Shown here: positions 19,054 to 27,322 of the stretch, in pieces
Layout of the letters: the number at the start of each line of letters is the position of its first letter
Numbering within the stretch: the stretch's first letter is position 1
DNA from: Candidatus Hydrogenedentota bacterium
Lineage (GTDB): Bacteria > Hydrogenedentota > Hydrogenedentia > Hydrogenedentales > SLHB01
Assembly (NCBI GenBank): GCA_045863295.1
Contig: BTWA01000026.1
Location: 1-64,000, forward strand
Reading direction: 5' to 3'
DNA length: 64,000 bases
Program-made: the position numbers and the translations under genes
The notes under the pieces: model-generated
What the model saw: the letters and a program-made list of their open reading frames with translations, nothing else
Told to the model about the DNA's origin: nothing
The model's database searches: none

Positions 19054-21738
19054 TTACAATCCCCAATACGACAGCTCTGGGCTGAAAGAGGGGCGGCGCC
19101 AGTCTTCCCAGCGTTCGACAATTTGCTGGAACTTTGGGTCGTCGCGGACGCCGGGGAAATGAGATGCGGTGCGGAGCACGGTGCCGAGAATCTCTTCTTG
19201 GCGTGCGGAGTCTGATATGATGCGCGCTTCGACCAGGAGTGCGCGGACGAGTTCTTTGGGATGAAACCGCTCCATGAGCGATTGAGCAATCCGCAGATTG
19301 CGGAGGGCGTCCCTCTCCGTGTGCTGACACTTGGCGCGCTGCAAGTACGAAGGGGCCTGAATTACACCAGCCTCCTCCCGGTACGCAATGTTCTCATCCA
19401 GAATCTGTATAGCCCGTGGCACATCGCCGCGGCGGCGTAGCACCTCGGCCAGTGAGTCCCCAATTCGAGCAATAACGCGCTTCTCGGAAAGACCACTCGT
19501 TTCCAAGGTTAGTGCCTCGCAAAGGACTTCCTCTGCGCGTGAGTTCTCCTCTTGTCCTAGGAGGTAAAGCCCGAAGTACAAGCGCTCGATTGCAGTGAAA
19601 CCGCGTTGTAGAGGCGCCAATTGCAGCGCTTCGAACTGTTCATGCGCGCGTTTGACGATTGGATGCGGAACCAGTCCAATTGCACATCCGGCCTTTTGAA
19701 GGTCGGTGTAGTGCGGGCCAGCCGCAGTAGGCCAATCGAAGAGTCGTATCCCCCATGCGATCGCCTCCGTATCCCCCGCTTCCGCGCCAATCCAGCACTG
19801 CAATCGATCAAACTCCTCGCGGGCGCGCGGACGTTGTAGACTACGCCGGTCGATGGAAGCGCGAATGCCATCAAGGGCGGGTACAAATCTTCCCTTCTGG
19901 TAGTTGTCCGACAATTGGATGAGGTCAAGGACAGGCACTGATGTTTCGTCTGTGTGTGCCGCGACCCAACGACCCAGTTGTGCCACAATCGGAAGTTGGT
20001 GCCACGAATCGTATCTGGTCTCGTTGGTAATGAGGTACAGTACACGTTCAAGATTGCTGATTGCGGCATCGAAATCGACTCCACGCGCAACAACATCGTA
20101 TTCAGCAACGCCGACAACGACACAGGGCGGCCCGTCGGCCGGAGCGATGTCCCATCGATCTACACGCAGGTCAAGCACGCCCCCATGCGTGCCGATGCGC
20201 GCGCGCTCTGGCGGGCGCTTCGCGTGTGCGCAGGCCGCGAAGACGCCAGGGGCGAGCGATTCGGTTCGCTTCGGGTCCGCCGCGATCGCCATGGGCCAAA
20301 CGCGCTCCCGTAGCGCCCAACGTACAACGGTTTCAATGCGTTCATCCGACCCCGTAGAGCCATACGGGCAATGTGCGAGCATCCAAGCGACGGCTTGTTG
20401 TCGGCAGTACGGCACAAACCGCGGCCCGAATGGGTCAGTGGATGAGAGCGCCAGAAGGACGCCCCCCGCTTCGATAGACGCAACGGAACGGTCCGCGGTG
20501 TTGGACGCAGTCCACCATGCGGTCTCGAGTTCACCTATTTCCAGGTGAATTTCCGCGCGATAGCCGGAGACTTGTACATTCTTGCGTTCCAAATACCTGC
20601 CTTCAATATTGAAAAGCGCTTGATTTCGATGCATATTCGCAACCTCCGATTCGCGGCGCTTCGTGTAAATCCGGTACAGCGCGTGGTGTGCCCGGGCGAG
20701 CACACTCCTTCGAAGTTGAAAACTCATGCTGTGCGCCGCCCCATCGGTCTGTGACCGTGTCTGTTCGATGCGAATGCATTCCTGCAGCGAACTTTCACTG
20801 TTTTTGCCGCCTTGGTTGCGGCCGTGTTCGAGTAGCGCCAGCGCCAGGAAGTGTGCCGTATTAAACGTGGCGTACCGCGCGTCCATCGCACGGGCCAGAC
20901 GAATAGCGCGATCGTAGTCGCCGGCTTCGCAGAAGAGCTGGACGAGTGCCAACGCGCCGCGTTCTGGTACGCCATCGCCGCTGGCGATGCGGAAGAACTC
21001 ATCGAATAGAACGTTGTCCGGTACGGCAGCAGCGCTCGTTGCCAGGTCGTGCACTACAGGGCACAACCAGCCATTTGGCGCATACTGGGATTCGAGGAGT
21101 GCGAACACACGTGGAAGAACCGGGGCGGCTAGCGCCCGCCAATGCGCGGCGGCACTGGGATCCCGCTCGATTAGCGTTGCAATCCCGGAGCACCATACAG
21201 GCACTGCAATTGCTTCGGGCGCAACCGAAATCATGTTCTTGAAATGCGCTTCGGAAAGACAGAAATCACGCAGCTCTACAAACCTCTGCGCGGCGGCGAG
21301 AAACCGGGGAGCATATGACCACGCAAGTGGCGCGGCGGACGACGGCAGCGCCAACGCGGCCGTTGCCATATAGTGTGCGCCTGCTCGCTGTACGGCCTGG
21401 TCGATGGCACACTGGGACCCAGAAATGCGTTGCTTCCAAGTCCAGGTCATTTCGACGAAGGCGGCCGAGGACTCAGCAACGTCTCTGGACAACAAATCGT
21501 TTATCCCTTTCTCGACCTCATGTTGCTCCCTCTTTGATCCTGTTCCGCACGCGATGGCCGCTAGCACAAGTTCGTTGCGTTTGATTGGGCCCGGCAACAC
21601 ACTCAGCATGCCAACCAGTTGCCTGACGCGCGACGCATGCCCCGGGCCGCTGGCTAGGCGTTCGATCTCCGAACACACATCCTTCTCGTCGGGGTGCGCA
21701 GTCAACGCCGATGCCCAATAGGCTTGGAGCGGGGTCAT
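19054..21738 (-). CDS. Hypothetical helical-repeat (TPR-like) protein, last gene of the Pup-like operon
   Basis: 894 aa with an ATGA overlap to the pafA-like gene. TPR-like segments 'LVQLFCEAGDYDRAIRLA' and 'LAEVLRRRGDVPRAIQILDE'. Confidence 0.75.
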   Translation of the reverse strand: MTPLQAYWASALTAHPDEKDVCSEIERLASGPGHASRVRQLVGMLSVLPGPIKRNELVLAAIACGTGSKREQHEVEKGINDLLSRDVAESSAAFVEMTWTWKQRISGSQCAIDQAVQRAGAHYMATAALALPSSAAPLAWSYAPRFLAAAQRFVELRDFCLSEAHFKNMISVAPEAIAVPVWCSGIATLIERDPSAAAHWRALAAPVLPRVFALLESQYAPNGWLCPVVHDLATSAAAVPDNVLFDEFFRIASGDGVPERGALALVQLFCEAGDYDRAIRLARAMDARYATFNTAHFLALALLEHGRNQGGKNSESSLQECIRIEQTRSQTDGAAHSMSFQLRRSVLARAHHALYRIYTKRRESEVANMHRNQALFNIEGRYLERKNVQVSGYRAEIHLEIGELETAWWTASNTADRSVASIEAGGVLLALSSTDPFGPRFVPYCRQQAVAWMLAHCPYGSTGSDERIETVVRWALRERVWPMAIAADPKRTESLAPGVFAACAHAKRPPERARIGTHGGVLDLRVDRWDIAPADGPPCVVVGVAEYDVVARGVDFDAAISNLERVLYLITNETRYDSWHQLPIVAQLGRWVAAHTDETSVPVLDLIQLSDNYQKGRFVPALDGIRASIDRRSLQRPRAREEFDRLQCWIGAEAGDTEAIAWGIRLFDWPTAAGPHYTDLQKAGCAIGLVPHPIVKRAHEQFEALQLAPLQRGFTAIERLYFGLYLLGQEENSRAEEVLCEALTLETSGLSEKRVIARIGDSLAEVLRRRGDVPRAIQILDENIAYREEAGVIQAPSYLQRAKCQHTERDALRNLRIAQSLMERFHPKELVRALLVEARIISDSARQEEILGTVLRTASHFPGVRDDPKFQQIVERWEDWRRPSFSPELSYWGL

Positions 21739-23423
21739 GGGTGTGACCCCTCGACGCCCAGCGGCGTGTATTCGACGGCCCGAATTGAAGCGAGGGAATT
21801 GCGTTCTACTAGGTACGCCCGCAGCGATGTGAATGGATGCCGGTCGTCCTTGGACTTAAGTTGCCGCTGCGGAATGGGTCCCCATTCAAATGACCCCGAA
21901 GGGCCTGGAGCCCGCAAGTCCAAAACGCCGCGCCGGAGACTTCGCACTTCCTCCCAGTTGGCCTGCGCCTCTTCCCCATTTCGGGCGAGATCGAGGATGG
22001 CGTTTGCACGTATATGACAACGGCCTTCCTCCTCGGGTGGCGGCTGATGGCATTGGCCATCCAATTGGCTATCGGTGAACAGTACGCCTGGTGCGGCGAG
22101 GCCCGAATCCGTGAGCTGATGAAACAGACCTCCCCTCATAATATCTCCGTACTCGTATGCGATGGCCATGAACTTGCGCATCGCCAGTATGTAGCGGTCA
22201 AGCACATCGGAATCCGGCCGTCTCCAGCGCGTGACACCCACGACATCGCTTGATGGACAAGGTCCAGGTGTTCGTTCATTCGCGACAATCTTCTGCCAAA
22301 TGGCCTGTGCATTCCCCTTGCGGACAAGAGCGCGCCGCGCGGCGCGGGCGGACTTGAGTGGTATGTCGTGCGCGTCGAGCGTACGATTCCACAGTTTCCA
22401 CAACGTCGCGTGGTCGCAAAGCCCCTCAAGCGCGACAAGTCCGCCGTCATTGAGTTTGGTCGCAATCTCGGACACGTTCTCCAATTCCTCGTCGGCCCAC
22501 TGGGGAAGTGGCGTGTCCTTCTTGCGTTCGCGAATCCAGTCGCAATACGTGAGCAGCAATTGTACCCCCGTCATCCTCCTGCCGTCGGCCAGCCGGTAGA
22601 AGTGCGCCAGGTTCGCCCCGGCAACCGCACAGTGCAGATCGGTAACAGGCTGCGCCAACTCGATTCGAGGCGCGCCCTCAGGGTGTGTTTCGAGGCACTG
22701 TACAAGCAGATGGACTGCCGCGTACACCGCTCGGGTCTGCAGGTGCGATTGCAAGTTGTCAATCCCCAGCAAATGCTGGCGGCTGCCGTGTGGCGCGGGA
22801 ATCTCCTTTGTGTCCACAATGCCCCGGCGCGTGCTGGTATGACCCGACGTCATCGCGGTACAGCGCATTGCGCGGAGTGACATCGTGAAATCAAATGTTC
22901 GCAGGTCCAGTCCACCACCACCCGACAACAAGGGGAGAACGGACATGAACGTGCACAAGTCCGGCATGAGTGTATGAACGGGCACGGATCGGCCGATATT
23001 GAAGTGGCCAGCCGTGCTATGGTCAATATCCTCGAGGTTATACGCCGTGTTGTGCTGAGAAATGACGAGCTGCGATAGCGACAGCGCCTCGCGCACTCGT
23101 GTACCCGCCTCTGCGATGACGGTGCGCAAGAGCGCGCCTTGCAGGGTAGCCCCCACCGGCGTGCGACAATCGGCACATGCGGCCTCAAGCAGGCTCTCAA
23201 GTTCGGCATAGACGTGACCATGCGCGAGAAAAAGCCCCTTCGACTCCTTCGACGACGCTACCGACGGCAAAGCGCCAAGTTCTTCCATCATTCTGTCGAC
23301 GAGAAGCTTTGGGTGCACGACCTGGCCGTGCGCGTCACGCGCCATAATCGTCAGTTCGCGCTCATCGCCGTGAAGCCGCTGTGTTCCCATTGTAGTCATG
23401 ATTGTGTCAAGGGGGTCCGTCAT
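21735..23423 (-). CDS. PafA/Dop-family (Pup-ligase fold) protein, probable ligase
   Basis: Collinear family motifs: G-D-E-R-E (GxExE), 'LFLAHGHVYAE..LLEAACADC', 'HNT...AGHFN', 'MSLRA', 'RRGIVDTKE', 'RQHLLGID', 'LADGRRMT', 'YGDI..GLFHQL', 'PPP...GR..IR', 'NW'. Confidence 0.82.
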   Translation of the reverse strand: MTDPLDTIMTTMGTQRLHGDERELTIMARDAHGQVVHPKLLVDRMMEELGALPSVASSKESKGLFLAHGHVYAELESLLEAACADCRTPVGATLQGALLRTVIAEAGTRVREALSLSQLVISQHNTAYNLEDIDHSTAGHFNIGRSVPVHTLMPDLCTFMSVLPLLSGGGGLDLRTFDFTMSLRAMRCTAMTSGHTSTRRGIVDTKEIPAPHGSRQHLLGIDNLQSHLQTRAVYAAVHLLVQCLETHPEGAPRIELAQPVTDLHCAVAGANLAHFYRLADGRRMTGVQLLLTYCDWIRERKKDTPLPQWADEELENVSEIATKLNDGGLVALEGLCDHATLWKLWNRTLDAHDIPLKSARAARRALVRKGNAQAIWQKIVANERTPGPCPSSDVVGVTRWRRPDSDVLDRYILAMRKFMAIAYEYGDIMRGGLFHQLTDSGLAAPGVLFTDSQLDGQCHQPPPEEEGRCHIRANAILDLARNGEEAQANWEEVRSLRRGVLDLRAPGPSGSFEWGPIPQRQLKSKDDRHPFTSLRAYLVERNSLASIRAVEYTPLGVEGSHP

Positions 23424-23453
23424 CGGAGACGATGGCGGACCCCGATTCCCTAT

Positions 23454-23660
23454 TCACTGGCCCGATTGCTGCGTTTTTGAGAGTTCCTGGAACCGCTGCG
23501 GATCACAGTTCAACATGCGGTCAACGATAGCGTTGGTCCGCTCGTGGATCCGGCCGAGCCTCGGCGATTCCTTGTCGATTAGATTCTCGATCGGTGGCGC
23601 CGTATCCGTTACGACCGACTCGTGCTCTCCAACCAATGGTTCCACAGAGGTCTTTGTCAT
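23454..23660 (-). CDS. Pup/UBact-like small protein modifier ending -SGQ
   Basis: 68 aa with a polar/acidic N-half, helical-looking 'IVDRMLNCDPQRFQELSK' and C-terminus QQSGQ. Lies between two PafA/Dop-family genes, with an AAGGA RBS and an ATGA overlap with the dop-like stop. Confidence 0.8.
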   Translation of the reverse strand: MTKTSVEPLVGEHESVVTDTAPPIENLIDKESPRLGRIHERTNAIVDRMLNCDPQRFQELSKTQQSGQ

Positions 23661-25273
23661 ATCGCATTCCTTTCTGTTGCTGCCGGATCTAGACCCGCGT
23701 GATTGCCGCAGGCCCCTTTCCGGTCATGCGGTATATGGGCTGCACCGAGCATCTCAAACGATTGAATAATTTCATCCGTTGAAGGGCTTGCGAGGATGTG
23801 CTCGCAGTCCTGTCGACGGAGAAAGTGCGGGTCCGCAAACCACACCGAATATGTCTTTCCGTCGCGGTTCCGGCGAACAACAGTTTCGTCCCAATTCACG
23901 CGGACCACCGCGTACTCGGGATCATTCGCAACCCGTCGCAGAAACATCGCGTGTCCCCAGGACCGGGTGCCCTCCGGAGGTGAATCCATCGCACGCATGA
24001 TGGCCCCATCTTCGACTTCTCGTATCGTCGCACCTGCTTCCTGCTCCGCAAGAAACAGACTGTCCTCTGGATCGGCGCTTCCGTAAAGCTGATCGAGCAT
24101 TGCGATGTGTGGCGAAGCCCAGTTCAGTCCTTGCCCATTGGCGATGGCATGGGAAAGGATACGGCGCTTGTTTACCCAATCGATGCGAGGCGACAGGAAG
24201 TCCCAATCCTTGCGAAGAAATGCGTCGCTCAATGCCGCAGCAGCGTCGAGGACTGCGGCCAACTCCAAAACATACTGGTCCAAGCCGCGCTCAGATGAGA
24301 CCTGAATAAGCAGCGCTACCAGTTTTGCAAGGTATTGGTCCGACGTAACAAACGTACCGTCCGCCAACTCGGCCCGCGTCGTCAAGGTTGGATCGTGACT
24401 CCACTGCCACAAAGCGTTCACCGGGTCCGCCAGAATCAGGTGAGACACGGGCGTCTCCTCCGTAACCGCCGCCAATAACGCCGAAACTATCCCCGAGGTG
24501 ACGAAAAGCGCGTGTTCATTCAACGGGAAGTCAAGGCAGATGTGGTGGAAGCGCGCCCACGGGTTTCGCATCGAATCGACGGGACCGCACTCCGCCTCAT
24601 CCCGCGTGTTGATCAGGCCGCGCCCTTGACGCCCCATCGTGTCGAGGCAGGCAACTTGCGTTATGAAGTCGGACCGCTGCGCAATCTGAAACGCTACCTG
24701 TGGGCGGCGGTTCGCCGCGCCCACACACCCTTGCCCGGCGACAAGCTGGATTCCCGCCATGGCCGATGCGACGAAGCCGGTCACTGCGGGATACTGGCCG
24801 GAACAAATCCGGTACCAGGTTTCTGAGGGTACGAGGTAGTTGTAGTGCGTTCCGATGGAAACCGCGTCGGGCCCGCGCCCGCACCGGCATTCGAATAGAA
24901 CGACGATGTGGGATCCATCGGCCGCGGCCTCGTTGCACGCGCGCTGTGCCTCGCGAACGCGCCGCCGGGTCGCCCCCGTATACGCGACCAGGTCCCGGGG
25001 GCCCGCACACAGCGGCACGCATGTCTCGAGGTGTCCGAGTTCCGAGTAGTAGCATGCGCCGTTGCGAGGGTCATAACGGCGGCCCAGGTCTAGCGGCGCA
25101 AACCGCCAGAAACGCGCCTTGGGGTGCGCCGGCACACCAGGCAGGCATTCGAGCAACTTCGTATCGAGAAACGGCGCTGCGGAGTGCCCTTCCCGAACCA
25201 TTTGGAAGTGGCTGATCTCCGTGTCCGCGCCGAGGAGGATGGTCTTAGGTCTATGTACAGGTGAAGCACACAT
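23657..25273 (-). CDS. PafA/Dop-family protein, probable Dop-like deamidase/depupylase
   Basis: 'LGADTE', 'RNGACYYSELGHLE', 'GTHYNYLV', 'FQIAQRSDFI', 'RGLINTRDE', 'RFHHICLD', 'LADPV.AL...SHDPTL...ELADG', 'IDWVNK', 'PPEGTRS', 'VNWD'. Start moved to ATG 25273, just downstream of the sigma-54 promoter. Confidence 0.87.
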   Translation of the reverse strand: MCASPVHRPKTILLGADTEISHFQMVREGHSAAPFLDTKLLECLPGVPAHPKARFWRFAPLDLGRRYDPRNGACYYSELGHLETCVPLCAGPRDLVAYTGATRRRVREAQRACNEAAADGSHIVVLFECRCGRGPDAVSIGTHYNYLVPSETWYRICSGQYPAVTGFVASAMAGIQLVAGQGCVGAANRRPQVAFQIAQRSDFITQVACLDTMGRQGRGLINTRDEAECGPVDSMRNPWARFHHICLDFPLNEHALFVTSGIVSALLAAVTEETPVSHLILADPVNALWQWSHDPTLTTRAELADGTFVTSDQYLAKLVALLIQVSSERGLDQYVLELAAVLDAAAALSDAFLRKDWDFLSPRIDWVNKRRILSHAIANGQGLNWASPHIAMLDQLYGSADPEDSLFLAEQEAGATIREVEDGAIMRAMDSPPEGTRSWGHAMFLRRVANDPEYAVVRVNWDETVVRRNRDGKTYSVWFADPHFLRRQDCEHILASPSTDEIIQSFEMLGAAHIPHDRKGACGNHAGLDPAATERNAI

Positions 25274-25286
25274 AGGACCGCACAGG

Positions 25287-25302
25287 AGCAATGACCATGC
25301 CA
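25287..25302 (-). promoter_or_regulatory. sigma-54 (-24/-12) promoter of the Pup-like operon
   Basis: Minus strand reads TGGCATGGTCATTGCT, matching TGGCAY-N5-TTGCW with exact GG-N10-GC spacing; adjacent to a divergent sigma-54 activator gene. Confidence 0.8.
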
Positions 25303-25452
25303 TACGAAGTTTCCGATGTAAGTCGTTTCGCCACGGAGGATCGGTGCAGCGTTGGGCTGCAACCTTGCAGTTGGCGCGCCCATCCCAATCGTTGCATTGC
25401 AGCAAACCTTTCCGTACCATGCACTGGGGTGGGCGATTGGGGGATTACAGCG

Positions 25453-27108
25453 ATGGAAGTAGCCGTCCTGGAGTGTACCATCAGAGGGAAGACTGAAGTC
25501 TTCACCGAAACGGTTCTCGACCGTTCCCTGTCCCCGGATGTCGTCCGCTTGTTTGTTGTGTCCGGCGATCGCATCGCGGAGATTTCGCGCCTGTTTCCGG
25601 CGCTGCGCAATCTGGCGCCCGGCAAAAACCAACTCAATCTCCAGCGCACGTTCAACAAGCTGCGCGAGGGAGAGTGTGGCACGGTCTACCGTGACTATGT
25701 CTCGCTTGCCCGCATGCGCAGTAGTATGAAAACCCTGCTCTCGAATATGCGGCATACCCGCCGAAACGTGACGTGTATTGTCCAGATTCCCCCGCGGATG
25801 TACACGCAACTTGAGGCGGATGTAAAACAACTTGGAATCCATCGGTCAACGTTTAGCGGCAGTGCCGGTTCCCCCGCCTCGCTATACCTGCAGATCCTGC
25901 CCGATGTGGACATACCCCCGTATCTTGAAGCGAACTACATCGGGGCTTCGCGCTCTGTGCAGTTTGTACGGCGGATGATAGTCTTGGCGAGCCGACAGAA
26001 CGTTCCCGTGCTCATCCAAGGCGATTCCGGCACGGGAAAGGAAATAGTCGCGAGAATGGTACATCGATGCAGGTTCAACGGTGCGGAGGACAAGGATTTC
26101 AAACCGGTTAATTGCTCGTCTATCCCCGATTCACTGCTCGAATCTGAGCTGTTTGGTCACGTGTCCGGCGCATTTACAGACGGAAAGAATACCCGTGACG
26201 GTCTGTGGAAAGCGGCAAACGACGGCACGCTGTTTCTGGATGAAATCGGCGAACTCAGCATGTCGAGCCAGGCGAAAATATTGAGGGCCATCGAGACCAA
26301 TACAGTGAGGCCGGTTGGCGCAGACAAAGACGAACCGGTCAAGGCAAACCTCATCATGGCCACCAACCGCGATCTGTTCGCGATGACAAAGCGCGGGGAA
26401 TTTCGAGAAGACCTCTTCTTTCGAATTTGGGTGGGACGCATCGTGACGCCCCCGTTGCGCGAGCACCCCGAGGACATCCCCCTGTTGGCGAATTTTCTAT
26501 GGAATAAAATCACAAACCAAAACGGCGTGACGCTGCCCGATGCGGTGACGGAATGCCTCGCCGAATATCCCTGGCCAGGCAATGTGCGCGAACTCCAATC
26601 CGTGCTGCGCTCCATGTGCATCGCTCACGGCAACGCCGTCACCACGCGCAAGCAAGTCGAGTTCGCCATGGACTACGCGGGGGTGCCCGCGAATGAATTC
26701 TTCCGCGCCGACCGTGCCGTGGCGAAAAGCACGCGTCGCGCCACCCAATTGAAACAAACCCTGAAAGCCCAGGAAGCCATAGCCGTCCTGCGTGCCCTCG
26801 TCGGACAGGTCCAGAATTGCCCCACCCCGGGCCTTGCCGTGCAGGCCGGGCTGCCGCTCAGCATCTTCAATGTGCATCGTGATCTACTCACATTGTGCGA
26901 AGACCCGCTTTCATTTGGTTCAACGGAGATCTACAAAGCGGTCCTCGCGTTCGGGGGAAAACTGGGGCAGTATCTGCTCGCAGTGGACGCTAACCCCGAT
27001 ACGATCGGCGATCGCGCAACATGCCTCGAATTGTTGTCGGGTTCGGACGCGCTCGAAGAGCGTCTGACCAACTACTCGGCTGAACTCGTTAAAGCCCGCA
27101 GAAGTTGA
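25453..27108 (+). CDS. sigma-54-dependent enhancer-binding protein (AAA+), atypical termini
   Basis: Walker A GDSGTGKE, 'ESELFGH..GAFTDG', Walker B LFLDEIGE, 'ATNRDL', 'FREDLFFRI', 'YPWPGNVREL'. Start moved to ATG 25453 after GGGGG. Confidence 0.9.
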   Translation: MEVAVLECTIRGKTEVFTETVLDRSLSPDVVRLFVVSGDRIAEISRLFPALRNLAPGKNQLNLQRTFNKLREGECGTVYRDYVSLARMRSSMKTLLSNMRHTRRNVTCIVQIPPRMYTQLEADVKQLGIHRSTFSGSAGSPASLYLQILPDVDIPPYLEANYIGASRSVQFVRRMIVLASRQNVPVLIQGDSGTGKEIVARMVHRCRFNGAEDKDFKPVNCSSIPDSLLESELFGHVSGAFTDGKNTRDGLWKAANDGTLFLDEIGELSMSSQAKILRAIETNTVRPVGADKDEPVKANLIMATNRDLFAMTKRGEFREDLFFRIWVGRIVTPPLREHPEDIPLLANFLWNKITNQNGVTLPDAVTECLAEYPWPGNVRELQSVLRSMCIAHGNAVTTRKQVEFAMDYAGVPANEFFRADRAVAKSTRRATQLKQTLKAQEAIAVLRALVGQVQNCPTPGLAVQAGLPLSIFNVHRDLLTLCEDPLSFGSTEIYKAVLAFGGKLGQYLLAVDANPDTIGDRATCLELLSGSDALEERLTNYSAELVKARRS

Positions 27109-27322
27109 GGATCACCAAAGAATGAACTGGCACCCACGTTCCGCAACGCAGGAGCCAACCAAACCTTTGGCCCAATACAACACCAACCAAGCCCAAGACT
27201 TGTGGGAAGACAACGCGATTATCTCCCCCCTCATCCGCCAAGACAATCCGCGCACCGAGTTCCGGTTCAAGTTCAAGCGGCAATCGAAACCACAAACCGG
27301 GGACAGGCCGTAGGAGACCTGC

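Noticed and set aside
25274..25452. Longer ORF-track starts for the dop-like gene (25420) and the activator (25291)
   Set aside because: They would overlap each other head-to-head and cover the sigma-54 promoter; the extensions show no family motifs.
27128..27143. Second sigma-54 promoter (TGGCACCCACGTTCCG) upstream of the full-length STAND gene
   Set aside because: The -24 element is good but the -12 position reads CC instead of the near-invariant GC.
27122..27313. 63-aa ORF as a second small modifier
   Set aside because: No GQ/GE/GG C-terminus and no recognisable motif; coding status unsupported.
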